The notes beneath the pieces were generated by a model. It did not search any database. It was not told where the DNA came from and was given only the letters and a program-made list of their open reading frames with translations. Below, in pieces: positions 1 through 13,952 of a DNA stretch of 64,000 nt (the stretch's first letter is position 1; the number at the start of each line of letters is the position of its first letter). This DNA is from Octopus sinensis (lineage: Eukaryota): NCBI RefSeq assembly GCF_006345805.1, contig NC_043008.1, positions 29,202,001-29,266,000 on the forward strand, in the 5' to 3' direction. A program made the translations under genes and the position numbers.

Positions 1-151
1 CTGCCTCGAGTCTCTTGGGTATTTGGTGAGGGTATCTTCTCCTTGAATTGTATCGAGGTAGCATTCAAAGTTGGTTGCCATAAAATTCTCGGTACTCTCT
101 GCCAAGCATTCGACATGTGCAATTCCTTCTATTGTTCATGTTTTCCATGCA

Positions 152-213
152 TATATGTATGTAAGTATGTCTGTATGTATGTATGTAAGTATGTATGTAT
201 GTAAGTATGTATG

Positions 214-270
<57 letters not shown>
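152..270. repeat. (TATG)n microsatellite
   Basis: Near-pure TATG array; explains the MYVC-repeat ORF 71..295. Confidence 0.95.
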
Positions 271-272
<2 letters not shown>

Positions 273-1344
273 CTATTTATGTATGTTTAAAATAGAATTC
301 TAAATTGTTTCATTTCGTTAAGAAATAAATATTTATTGAAATCTTGCCGTTTATATGTTTCATTATCAATGTGGAAGAAACTGAGACTAATATGAAATCA
401 TTCAGGGAATTTCAAGACGCCAGCTCTTTCTTCGTTTAATTTCAATTAACTTAACGGCGCCATTGACTTATTTCAGTTATTACACTTCATTTTGTTTTGT
501 TTGATTTTATGCAAATTATTGTCAGCTAAATGTTCGCCTTTGCGTTTTTCTGTATATGTGAACAATTCATCAAGTGTATTCCTCGTGACTGCAATGGTCT
601 GAGACATATTCATTCTGCTGTTGTCAATTTTCTCCCTAAGTAATTTTATATTTTCTGTTAGTTATGAAACTTTTATTTATTTATTTCCAATTATCATTCT
701 ATCATCTTTGTGTGAATCACTAACGTGTACTGCCAGGCTGTTGCCTATACCTATCTAAGAAAATGAGCTCTTCAACGTTTCATTTCATTATTATTTTGTT
801 TTAGTACTGATTTTTAAACACTAAATCCTTTTCGTGATAAATAATTGATATTTAAATAGTAATATTGAAATGCTCTCCCACATATTTAAATGGGATATAA
901 AAGATAACATGTAAATATAATAAGAAATATAAGATAATCTATTTGCAAAAATATTAAAATAAATGTATTGAGTATACGACATATTTTTCTGTTTTATACA
1001 TTCGTATGTGTAATATATAATACACAAACAAATTTGAATGGAGAATCTTATGTCTTGTTACCATACGTGTCTTTCTCATGTATACTAAGACAAATTTAAT
1101 TGCTTTTCATAGAAGAAATGAGATGCAAACGTAGTAGAAAGATCAAAAGTGCATGTATTAATTTGGAGAGAAATTCTTCAACATGATTTCTGACATAATT
1201 ACTTCGAGGGATTTCCTTGAATATTGACGGTGAAATAAACATCAGATTTTACACAATGTTTCTCTCTTTATTTGCAGAATACTGTACACCATAGGGATTA
1301 AATGCGCATTGTTTAGCCTCTTCGAATGAGTTTGAGTTTCGATC

Positions 1345-1487
1345 AGATCTATCATACAGTGCATGCTGTGTATGAACTCAATCAGAGCTTTTCAGCAAAG
1401 GAAGTGGCAGAAAATATTTGTTCTGTCCATGGAAAGTAAACTTTAAACGTTAGGACATGCCGATGACGACTTCTCCAGTTTCACAAT
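1345..1487 (+). pseudogene. Degenerate mariner transposase N-terminal (HTH) fragment
   Basis: With two frameshifts and two stops it reads QCML/YELNQSFSAKEVAENICSVHGK*TLNVRTCR*R/FSSF, resembling the mariner N-terminal pattern RHCMLYEF..G.SA.EA..NIC.V.G...L..RTC..WF. No TIRs seen. Confidence 0.6.
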
Positions 1488-1661
1488 GAATTATTGTCAT
1501 TGTCAATTGTCATTCTAATGTTTAAAATTGCAAATATGACGTAAATTTGCACTTGGAAATTTTGGCTTAACTAGCGTTGTAAGCAAATCTGAAACAGAAA
1601 CCGATCATTGAAGATGTACTAAGTTCTTCCTTTGTCTTCCTATTTGGATCACGAACTTAGC

Positions 1662-1663
<2 letters not shown>

Positions 1664-1728
<65 letters not shown>
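1664..1728. repeat. (TA)n microsatellite
   Basis: Pure TA run. Confidence 0.95.
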
Positions 1729-1735
<7 letters not shown>

Positions 1736-1869
1736 AAATGAAGAAAATGCTGACAAATAATTGAAGTAATTTAAGTAATTTAATTAGGTGAAAGTTCTTT
1801 TTACCGGTTGCGCATTTGTTATGCTTATCAAAATATAAAAGAGAGATTAGAGTCTGTCTCTTATATGTG

Positions 1870-2076
1870 AAAAAAAGAGGCTCCAGAGTTGTTTTGGATT
1901 TGCTTGGTTTCGCGCCTAAAATTTTGATTGGTCATTATGAAGGGGTCACGTGAATGTTTGAATGGAAGTTGGTGTTGGGGTAAGAAAAAAGGCTCCAGAG
2001 AAGTTAAAATTTGGCTAGTGTCCCGCCTAAAATTTCTTATTGGCCATAATAAGAGGGTCACGTGAATGTTTAGAAT
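1870..2076 (+). promoter_or_regulatory. Tandem 112-bp duplication carrying E2F-like, CCAAT and E-box motifs (candidate promoter)
   Basis: GGCTCCAGAG at 1879 and 1991; TTTCGCGCC at 1908 and TCCCGCC at 2021; ATTGG at 1927 and 2039; GTCACGTGAATGTTT at 1945 and 2057. Constant 112-bp period. The promoter role is inference. Confidence 0.4.
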
Positions 2077-2439
2077 TTTCGAAAATAGTGTTGAAAATTC
2101 TTATTGTTCAGGCTGGTCAGTAGACGTCATGTGGATATTTTAAATAGCTTTTTAGCGCGTAGTTAGGGAGTGTATTTTCCGCTTGACTGGATAAGTAAGT
2201 TCGTTTAGAACAGGGAGAGCTGTATGTATGTATGTGTGTGCGCGCGCGCGTGTGTGAAGTCAATATTTATAGCCATTTCCAAAAAATAGTGTTGGATGTT
2301 TTGCACCCGTATTCAATTATGTGTATGTGTGGAACCATATATTTGTGTGTGTCATGGTGTTAATATCTGGGTAAAGGTGTGTGTAGGGTGTGTGCAGGTG
2401 TAAGTGTGTTTGTTGTGGGTTCGTGTTAGGGGCATGTGT

Positions 2440-3528
<1,089 letters not shown>

Positions 3529-3571
3529 TAATTCATTTTTATTAATTCATTAATGTATATGTAATACATCG

Positions 3572-4290
3572 GTGTGCTCCACAACAAGAATACCCCTCGA
3601 TACAACACCCTTGGTAAAACTGAGTGAGGGAGTGTCAACCAGTCATCTACCTACGATGCTCCATCTATTTAGTCAGATGCCGAAATGTATAATGTACTTG
3701 ATAACAGACTGGCCAAAGCAAACTGCATTCAGTAGATTGTACGAAAGAGTCTGGAATAATAGCCATCTGAAGAAAGAATCCGACATCAGTATCTACAGAT
3801 CCGTCGTTCTGATTACCCAGTCACCACCACTTACAACGCCTTGTATGATAACAAATCTGCTGAAGATACATCTACGTTGGGCAGGACACTTCAACAGGAT
3901 GGGGGAACATCAACTGCCCAATATCATACTGTACGGTGAAATGTGCTCTGGTCATCGTGATATAGGAGTACCTATATACAAAATCCCGTCATATCTACCA
4001 CACTAAGTACTTCCAGTTGTCTGCTTTCACTGTTAAGCGTAAAACATGGAACCTTGATGTCCACTGTGTCATAGTCTCCTTTGAAAAATACCGCAAGACC
4101 ATACTTAAAGAAAAGAGGGAAAGAAAGCTAGTAACAGAGAGAGAAAGAGAGAGAGGAAGCGAGAGAAAGAGAGAGAGAGAGAAGTAAAATCAAGGACACT
4201 ACGGCCGTCCCGCTTCCATTGCTACCAATGCGGTCATGCTTGTCTATCTTTAATCGGACTCGTCACGTGTCAAATGCCTACAACGAACGT
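3572..4290 (+). mobile_element. RTE-clade (BovB-like) LINE 3' remnant
   Basis: TAFSRLYERVWNNSHLKKESDISIYRSVVLIT and LRWAGHFNRMGEHQLPNIILYGEMCSGHRDIG match the post-RT C-terminal motifs of RTE elements (LRWAGHV.RM...RLP..ILYGEL). A degenerate C-x2-C...H motif lies near 4215-4270. Confidence 0.8.
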
Positions 4291-5506
4291 GGATGTCCTC
4301 TCTCAATCTTCGTTCATAAAACCAAGCCGTTTTCATATTCGAGTATATGAATCATGCTGTTTTCATATTTTGAAATTTAGCTATACACTTACACAAACGG
4401 TCACACTAATAAATAAATGTACTTATACACATGCTCTCATTTACACATGTACACACATGTACACACATGCACACATACACACATACACGCACATGTATAT
4501 GTAATGAGAGAGAGAAATTCGCGCATACACATACAGCGTATTTGTGTGTGGCAGCATGTGAGATGTTGCGTATGTACGTACGAATATTTATAAATCTATA
4601 CATATCAACTTGCTTACGTTCATCACAAGAGTACAAATACGTAAAATATTTTCAAACACGATAGAAGAATGTAATTTATTCTACAATATGGATTTAGTGA
4701 CAGGAAAAAGCAAATTCTTTCTTTGCAAATTTCCTGTTAAAATCACGATTAAACGCACTGCACATACATTCTCGTGACCAGTGGCATAGATTGATGTTTC
4801 ACTACAATCACGCCATCATTTTTAACCAAAATTCACATTTAACTTAATTTATAGATATGCAAATAGTCGTATACTTATATACATGTTCTTTCAGTGATTC
4901 CGATTTCAATTTCAGACAAGATAAATTGAACCCTTTCGAAGTCAAAATACCAGTCGTATATAAGTCTTTATAATCTTAATGACCTCAGACTGATAATTTA
5001 AATTTATTACTTTCAAATATGCAAATTATGCAAAAGTATGCAAACATAAAAATGCTAAATGCCAATAACGTGTATTATAGTCATTTACTCTTTTAGAAGT
5101 GTTCTGTGTTAAACACACCTTTCTTCAGGCACCATCTTATCTACAAGACTTACACTCAGAATATGTGGCACCTTCAACAGTAGTAGTGTTCCCCACACAC
5201 CTTGTTTTACTTATCAAGGTACCAGTAATATTTTCAGTTCCATTCACAGGTCATACATTGCTACGCATTCTACTTTCAAAACTAACGAAAAATACTGAAT
5301 TCATATGGAATGACAACGTAAACTTTTCTGTCCTTGACATGTTTCTGAAAACTGCTTCATTAGATTGGAACATTTTACCCTCTGTTTTGATGTATATTAT
5401 ATGTCTTCAATATATTTTCTAACAACATAAACTATCGCACACAAGCAAGATACGTACAAAACGAAGGACTTGAATGTTCAGCTTCACGATAAATTCATGT
5501 ACGTAT

Positions 5507-5609
<103 letters not shown>

Positions 5610-5833
5610 AGTGAGAGAAAAATGGTACCATGCATATTATAGCTGCAGAAATAATTTTAATAAATCAAGAATCTGTCCTTGTTTTAAAATATATACGCAT
5701 TCGTCTCTGTTGCTCAAATGAACGCTACTGACTTCTCAGACTTATTTATCTGACATAGATAGATAGATAGATAGACAGACAGATAAAACACACGTACGTA
5801 CATATATGTACACACGCATATGATTTATACACA

Positions 5834-5875
<42 letters not shown>

Positions 5876-6747
5876 CATATGTATGTGTACACATATATAC
5901 ATATACAAATACACACACATACACACAAACACACACACACACACATATTCACACAACTCCTGTTCGTTTCATACTAAAATTTATCCAGGATTAAATGTAC
6001 AAAAGAGAACCTAATTTTTGCATATCAATTTATTTATGCATTGTCAATATTCTACCCAACATATCAATACTTCTAGCATTATTAAATAGTGTCTATATTG
6101 ATATATTTTAATGTAAGTAAAGCTATACTATTGCGGTTATCATCAGTTCTTAATGAGCCAATCTGTCGCAGAAGATGATTCTTTTGCCATAGACATAGCA
6201 TTTTCCAAAATTTTGTGTAATGAACATTTAGTTGTTATTTTCAGCATATTTTTGAACATTTCATCTTTTCTGCCGGTTCGCTTCAAATAAACATTTATTT
6301 TAAATAAAGTGGTTGATGATTTATACCGGTATTATAAAACTGGTCTAAAATAGCGATTATTCAAAGTTCACTTAAAAGAATAGACTGTTCTATATTCCCA
6401 GTAGAACTGTAGAACTTCTCACTAAATCAGTTTTGGAATTGCTGCATTTTGAATAACCCTTTGTGGAAACAAACCGTCTTTAACTGCTTTGCTGTACTAT
6501 ATAGAAATGTATAGAAACCGTGGGTCAGCAACTTGACTTATAAAGAAATATTATATCATTATGACACTGACCACAAATCTCTCTATTGCTGACAGCCAAT
6601 CATCATTGAAAAACGTTTTTTTTTTCTTCACCAATATAATAATGGTCATTTGAGGGAAAAAACATTGTTGATTTATCCGAAAGGAAAGATTCTTCCAACA
6701 TATTACGATTATTTCATTTTATATATATATATATACTATTTTATAAG

Positions 6748-6871
6748 ATCGAGAAATTGCTTCTCTAACGAATTATTTCTTCGATAATATGTTCATTCGG
6801 GAGGAAGCTCTAATATCGTTTCGGGATACAGATATTCAATCAACTATAATGCCATTCTCCAATATGGCATT
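6748..6871 (+). CDS. Candidate host exon (unassigned)
   Basis: TTTTATAAG acceptor and GTAAGT donor; one open frame (phase 1 to 2): REIASLTNYFFDNMFIREEALISFRDTDIQSTIMPFSNMA. No partner exon confirmed. Confidence 0.25.
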
Positions 6872-7033
6872 GTAAGTATGTTTATTTTCACTTGAGGCTA
6901 ATGTTGTGTGTGAGCTGTCGCTAATCCCTTCATCTCATATTTCGTTTCCTATCGGAAAAAAGTTGGTTTTGATTTAGATAGACTACCCTAAATGTAGTTC
7001 TTCAAAAGAATGACTAAATTATATTTCTTCTAG

Positions 7034-7075
7034 GTCTTTTGATGCTTCTGAATATAGATAATCTACGTGATGAAG
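7034..7075 (+). CDS. Candidate host exon (unassigned)
   Basis: TTTCTTCTAG acceptor and GAAG|GTAAGG donor; phase 1 to 1, GLLMLLNIDNLRDE. The frame stays open past the donor (ORF 7039..7362). Phase does not match the preceding candidate. Confidence 0.2.
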
Positions 7076-7305
7076 GTAAGGCTTTCTTCCTTTTTTTGCA
7101 AGATGACAATTTACTTTCGGACCTTATGGGTGTAAAGCTTGCATTATTTAATTATGACAAATATACAGGAGAATGGACCCCCAACATCAACACAACAATT
7201 GCTAAAAATCTTAGGACAAAGCTCGCAAAATATACGAATATTTCAAATATATCAAAATGTTTGAAATTTTTAATAAAATGTGCCAGCTGTAATTTAATTA
7301 TAAAA

Positions 7306-7356
<51 letters not shown>

Positions 7357-7833
7357 ATATAGCTTTATTTATATATGCACATATACATATATACAATAGA
7401 TATAATGAAATAGATAGATAAATAGATAGATAGAATGAAAGACAGAGAGAGAAAAAGAGAGAGAGGGAGAGGGAGGGAGACATACATACACATGTCTGTA
7501 CATAAATCAGTTATATGAATAGACAAAAAGTAAACAAAACAAAAAAAAGTTAAGCCAACCCATACTTTAAACGATATTATCCGATAGCCTTAGAGTTTTC
7601 AAAAAGAATTGAAACTAATCTATCAGATTTTCTTTTTGTTATATGTTTAAAGACCGGAATCATTAGTGTTTGGGACAAGGTATTACATAATTTCGTTTTC
7701 TCTCTCTAAATGGAAGGTCATGCTCATGCTTGAAGCGAGTTGTCATGGAAGCACGGACAACAATTAAGAGTGTCACCTGAAAAGTTCAAAAGCTGTCCAA
7801 GATATATTCTCATGGAATGTGATCAAAAGAAGT

Positions 7834-8837
7834 TTAAATTTCAAAATAGTTCCCCTTACACTCCACACACTTATACACCGGTGTTGCAGTTATTCGATCC
7901 AATTGGTATAAAAGCTTTCATACTGTTGGTCAAAAATGTCATCAACAGTAGATATAACGTCATCATAATTGCGATACTGATACCCAGCCAAGCGTTTTTC
8001 TTATCCTCCTGTGGGGGAAGAGATGATAATCAGGAAGGGACAAATAAGGAGGCAGGTCAAAGTCAAAGTCCCTCAAAGCAGCCACTGGAACCAAAGACGT
8101 GTGTGCTGGAGCGTTGTTCGGATGTAACAAGACCACTTTCGTCTATTTTCCAGGTTCTTTTCTTCGTGATGGCTTTACGTGACTGCCTCGGGATATTAAC
8201 ATAGTGATCCCCACCGATGATGTCTCCCTTTCGATATTAGTCCGTAAACTTAATGCCTTTTGCATTTCAAAGCCGAGGCCATCACATTTCGTGCAGATCA
8301 CACGATCTTGTTTTTACTTGTAGTAGATGTGGACAGGTGTTTCCACTGTATAGACGGTCTCCTTGTCTCTGACTTAAAATGATGAACGCAACACACACCT
8401 AACTGCGGAATCGTTCTATAAAACCACCTGGATTTGCCTCAAACATTGTCAGATTTCCCTCTCTGTGGTCAACCAGGTGCGCTTCTGATCAGGAGTCAGA
8501 AAATGCAGTACTCACCACCACATTCATTGAGCAGAATATTCTCAACATTCTAACAGATGATGCTAATAGAATTTGGTCTTTGATTTACAATCAATCGCTT
8601 CCCATCAATCACCATGTATTGAACACGATCGATGTTTTCCCCGCTAGTTTTAGTTGCAGGATGTCCAGATGTTGGATCTACTTCAACACTCTCCATTAGC
8701 CTCCTAAATGCAGGTGCCCATTTTGAAGCGGGAACGTCATCCACTTATTGTGCAACCTTGTCAGCATGAATGTCCTTGGGATCTAAGCTATTTTTACAAA
8801 CATGCTTAATAATTCCACGATGCCAAATTTAGTTCAT
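7834..8837 (-). pseudogene. Degenerate mariner transposase
   Basis: Fragmented reading recovers SKWAPAFRRLMESVEVDPTSGHP..T..ENIDRV, LTPDQKRT, WKH, a decayed DNAPAH motif, PDYHLFP and YRNYDDVISTVDDIFDQQYESFY; many stops and frameshifts. Confidence 0.8.
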
Positions 8838-8840
8838 TTT

Positions 8841-9164
8841 TGGATTTGGTTTGCAAGATTCTTTATATGATTTCGTGTGTTGAAGCATATTCTGTTGTAT
8901 CTGGGGAGAGTCATTTTCTTTTTGTGCCTTATAATATAACACACTCACCGGTAAAATTTCCACTTATTTCTTATTTTTATTTTCCTAAAATTTTCGTTGC
9001 GTCTTCCAACATTTTCAATAGTTTTGACGCAAGACTATTGAAAAGGTTCCAAGACGCAACGAAAATTTTAGGAAAATAAAAATAAGAAATAAGTGGAAAT
9101 TTTACCGGTGAGTGTGTTACATTATAAGGCACGAAAAGAAAATGGCTCTCCCCAGACACAACAG
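8841..9164. mobile_element. 324-bp insertion with 16-bp TSD, containing a 137-bp-arm hairpin
   Basis: AAATTTAGTTCATTTT at 8825-8840 and 9165-9180; arms 8890-9026 and 9030-9166, 3-nt loop, 8 mismatches, no indels. Confidence 0.9.
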
Positions 9165-12100
9165 AAATTTAGTTCATTTTGATGAAAAGTCGCAACTAGT
9201 TATATTTGAAATCTTTGAACAGTCAGAAGTCAGTTTACCTGAAAAGAAACAATGCAATTATTAATAAGATGTACTGAAATGCATGTGGGATTTCACAGCT
9301 CTAACACGATAATCAGTCTATAAACTTTGCAGTCAACTCTTGCATATGATCTTATGTTACTCTTTAATGGTACAAGGACGATGACTGAATTTTTGTAATG
9401 CATATACATCTATGAAGATGTTCGTGGTATGTCCATTATAGTTATGTTGAGTGTCATTTAGTGGAGTTGTAAAGCTTTATGTATCATAGACTTGGAAACA
9501 GAAGTTTCCTGGTGTGAGTGCTCGCAAATATATATTATCATCAGTGGCATGTAAGGCTGCAAGTAATGCTAACTAGACAGTAATAGTTAGTCATACAGTT
9601 GTTTGCATTTGATATTTATATTCATTTTGTGAAGCCGGGAAGCTTATATGCATGACATATAAGCTCAATTTATAGCACTGGAAACGGAAGTAATACACAT
9701 GTAATTTGTAGCCTCTCCTTCCTCTTGAGAATTATGCTATTTATATATTTCTTGTCAATAGTAACTATGGACACTTGAGAATGGAGGTAATTCGTTAATG
9801 CGTAAGAGGAAGATGTATGCCTATTTACTGGTGACATGACCTTAGCCAGCTCTGAGGAGCAGCGAGCTACTATTGTAGGAGCAAATAGAAGCAAATAGAA
9901 CAGTGTATGTTGCCTGTGGCGTATCTGTGATTCACATAATGCCATTCCGACGGGTGACGAGATGACCCTTCCCTCGAATGATGTGAAACAAAAACCAACC
10001 TAGTTGTGAAAAAATTACTCTATTATGGTCCCATTTGGGCGTTGTAAAGAATCGATTATTGTTTCGATTCGAAATATCAAGAGAAAGATCAGTCATTCGG
10101 ACGCAGTCGGAAATATATGGGTCTAACTTACGTGTTGCAATGCATCAAATTACTTTTCATATATTAATCCTCCTTTTAACGTTGTTTAAATTTTCTCAAT
10201 ACATTTTCCTTTCGGTGAGTATACAAGAGACTGTACATTTTCCGCCTGTTTTGAATATTATAGTCTCTTGCTTTTGGCTTTTTTAAGGGGGTGGGGACAT
10301 TTAACAGGTTAGTAAAGTTAATTTAGCTGAGATGTCATTGAAAAGCAATCTCTGGTGGTGAGCCACATCCACAGTTATATTGTCTCGTGAAGATGTATAC
10401 CCAAATCTTTTTGTTTTTTAATACAACAACGCTACCCTCGCTATTTCAAATCCTGATTAACGTTTATAATATTACAAGTATCGATGTTGCTGAAAATTCC
10501 CCACATTGCAAATACTACATCGAGATGAATTTTCAGTAAGGCTAAATTATAAGCACTTCGATCCATTTCTATAGGTCCATTTACTTAGATGGAGGCTGCA
10601 ATTCCATACCAATAAAAAGCATTTCTTTTTTAGGATAACGCCATCGAAAATGTACTCTGATCTTGCTTTGTTCACTCTTGGGAGCGTAGAATACGCTATA
10701 TTTTACGTACGAAATTCGCCATACGTATCTCAAAAATGGATAACAATTGCGTACTCTCATTCAACTGGCAAGGCCCGGAGGTATCCATTGCTCAAACACC
10801 CTCAATAAAGCACACATCCATGCACAAACATGTATTGAGATATCAAATAGTAAATTTAAAAAATCATTGTTCGTATAGAAAAGGCTGCGGTCAAATTTAG
10901 ACATTAGTAACAGTTGTATAGGCATGAAACAATCGTAAGTACAAGTGCAAACTTTGCAGCACAGACGTGGTTCTTTAAAAACTAACATATCATAACTCAT
11001 CCAAAGTTGGGTTTTAAGAAAACTTACAAATTCAGAAACAGATTGTTTTGGAGGCGGAGGAGGAAGAAAAAAACTATAATATACTGCTGCTAAACGACTC
11101 AGCGTAAATAAAGACAAATATACATTCGTGCCAAAATACATAAAGACACTTGCATACAAATACATGTTCATGTGTTTCTATTTGCTATATAGTTCCTATC
11201 AGTATTCTAGGAGCACTTTGCATAACCTCGCTGTAAATGACAAGGAATGTGGCTTACCTGAGTCTATGACACTTATTATGTCTACATATCGCTTAATGGG
11301 TGTTTTTCGCTTCTAGTCGATTTATATACAAGGCACACCTGCTTTTAAGAACAACAATATACTGTGCAGTTAAACTCGTAATTTTCTATTCTTTCTGATT
11401 TTTACAGCCTCTGAAGCAGCAAACGGTGTCCGAATTAAGTAAATGCTCTGCATGATTAACGGTTTTACATAGCCTCTGTTTTCTATGTGAGGTAGACAGA
11501 TTCATTTTACTTGTTTGTTTAATTCATATACACATTAAGGCACAGTCTTCTTGCGGAGTTAAGCTCACTATCAGTGTTAAGATATCTAATTCAGATAAAC
11601 CATTTTCGTTTCTACTACCTTGTTCACGGGCACCTTTCTGTAATATTTGTACATATACACACTAACACACACTCATAGACACACAAACACAGATACGCGC
11701 GTGCTCCCAACACACAAATACAAATATGCATACATTGCGTATGTATATATATGTAAATACACGCACACACCCAAACACACATATATATGAATGTATGTAT
11801 GTATATACGTATGTATTCATACATACGTACTTATATACATGCATACGTACCTACATTTATACATATATGTACATAAATACTGCATAACGCCTGCTTCTCA
11901 ATTTCTTTTGAAATAGGTGTGTGTAATTTTCTCAAGTTGTTCTAACATAATTATCTATGTAGGTCTCAGCAAACCAATGTCTCTATCCAACTATTTAAAT
12001 ATTCATAGGTATTCGTCTATGTCTGTCAACCAACATAGCCATCTACAATAGCTGCCACTTAAGCAAAATCCACTGAATTAAAAACCACCAGGCTCGTTGC

Positions 12101-12896
12101 TGGGCATGTACAAGAGTATTTGCTACATATGACAGAAGCACATATATATATACCTACACACACACACACAATTTTTAACATTCATACTTTAAGGAACATG
12201 AATACAAAGACTCGTGTATTTTCGATCATGTAGTAATGATAAATACTCGGTCGTTCTCGACGATGAGCACTCACTCTTGTTTTACCAATTAAGTATCATT
12301 ATATGAATTTAACGTGCAAATTTCTGTGTAATTAACGGGAATCTGAGCATATATTATACTTCTAGTGCGGAAAGTCATGACGCAATTTTACAAGTCCGGA
12401 TTATTTCTGTTACACGTCCATTATGAATGGAATGAAAGAGTTAGTGAGAAAAATCAAGTAGAGTACAACTATTTATTGACTTGGAAAGTCGAACGTCAAT
12501 GTCGATTGAGGTAGTATTTTGAAACATGGCTCAAAAATTTGAAAAGAATAATGCGAATTGCTCTTTTGAAATCTGCAAAGATTAATAACTTTTATACTTA
12601 TTTGTTTCTGTCAATGGACTACGGCTTTCTTGGTGTACTATCCTGAAGGGTTTCGTTGAACAAATCGAACTCAGTAATTAATTTTGTTTTTAATATCTGG
12701 TATTTAGTCTGCCAGCCTTTTTTATAGAACCGATATATTACGGGTACGCAGACAAATCAACAACGTTTTGTCAAGCCGGTAGGAGGATACACATAAACAC
12801 AAAGACCTCTTAATCTCATAACTTTGTTGTTGATAATGCTTTTCTTCTCAAAATATATTGTTCTCTAGTATACAACGAAAGTGACATAACATATTG

Positions 12897-13100
12897 GTTT
12901 CAAATTTTGGTTAAGGCTGGCAATTTTGGGGAGACCGTAAGTCGATTAAATCGACCGAAGTGCTCGACTGATATTTATTTTATCGACCCCAAAACGATGG
13001 AAGGCAAAGTTGAACTCAGCAGAGTTTGAGCTCAAACCATTAGGACAGTTGAAATGCCACGAAGCAACTTTTGCCCGGTGTACTAAAGATTCTGTCACCT
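12897..13100 (-). mobile_element. tRNA-derived SINE (family B), degenerate
   Basis: Shares blocks with 30731-30941 and 55095-55306 (GTTTCAAATTTTGG, TATTTATTTTATCGACCCC, AAGGCAAAGTTG). Confidence 0.7.
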
Positions 13101-13702
13101 TAGAATAGCATAACATAATGAGCATGATTTAGCAACAGGAAATTAACTAGCATGTTGAAAAAGTAAACAACGTTCATATTTCATCATTTGTCAGATTTAA
13201 AATAACAATTTTGTCATGTTAGTTGTCCATCTATTTCACATATCTCCACATAAGCTGTGTAGATCTCCATGAGAAATATATGTGTCTGTATGTGTGTGTG
13301 TGAGAGAGAGAGCGAGAGAGAGAGAGAGCGTGTGTATGTGTGTGAGTGTGTGTGTGTGTATGTTTGTGTCTCTCTGTTTGTGTGTGTGTGTGTATGTTTG
13401 TATCTCTCTCTTTGTGTGTGTGTGGGGGTGTATAACACAGATATTAAAGTATTTGTTGTTTGAAAATTATACAGTAAGACAGAGTCGATAAGAGTACTTA
13501 CATTGAAAAACAAAACAAAAACAGTGGTATTTGTATTTATTTCACCCAGCTATTTTGAAAAGCGTATAAGAATCTTGCGACCCAAAAAATTGCTGTAGTT
13601 ATTTAGAGCTTTTCTTGTGCTTTTATAGAATTTGATCTCGTTTACCTTAGCTTAAATATCTTAATTATGTTATGATGTGCGCGTGCATCTCTCTCTCTCT
13701 CT

Positions 13703-13755
<53 letters not shown>

Positions 13756-13798
13756 TAAATATATATGCATATATACATATATATATATATATATGTTC

Positions 13799-13835
<37 letters not shown>

Positions 13836-13850
13836 TTTTATTCTTTTCTT

Positions 13851-13952
13851 GTACTTATTATATCGGTCTATTTTGCCGAACCGCTAATTTACGGGAACGT
13901 AAACACACCACCATCGTTTGTCAAGCGATGTTGAGGTGATAAACGCAGACAC
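13851..13952 (-). mobile_element. SINE family A fragment
   Basis: TTTTGCCGAACCGCTAA...CGTAAACACACCA...GTCAAGCGATG is the reverse complement of 42715-42790. Confidence 0.75.

Larger units (their letters stand above)
7765..9342 (-). mobile_element. Old mariner element, interrupted by a 324-bp insertion
   Basis: Degenerate TIRs at about 7765-7790 (TAAGAGTGTCACCTGAAAAGTTC) and 9321-9342. Length minus the insertion and its TSD is about 1.24 kb. Confidence 0.75.

Noticed and set aside
5099-5422. 107-aa plus-strand ORF; a piggyBac-like Cys pattern on the opposite strand
   Set aside because: No recognisable domain; the minus-strand CKSC pattern is broken by stops and too short to assign.
6141-6330. 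Minus-strand frame ending AMSMAKESSSATDWLIKN, resembling an aminopeptidase C-terminus
   Set aside because: There is an in-frame stop upstream and no convincing acceptor; the similarity is superficial.
10350-10810. Open frame 10575-10810 (LamG-like WITIAYSHSTGKAR) or a decayed MULE/SWIM remnant on the minus strand
   Set aside because: Both strands are open in the same register and each reading needs special pleading; cannot decide without a search.
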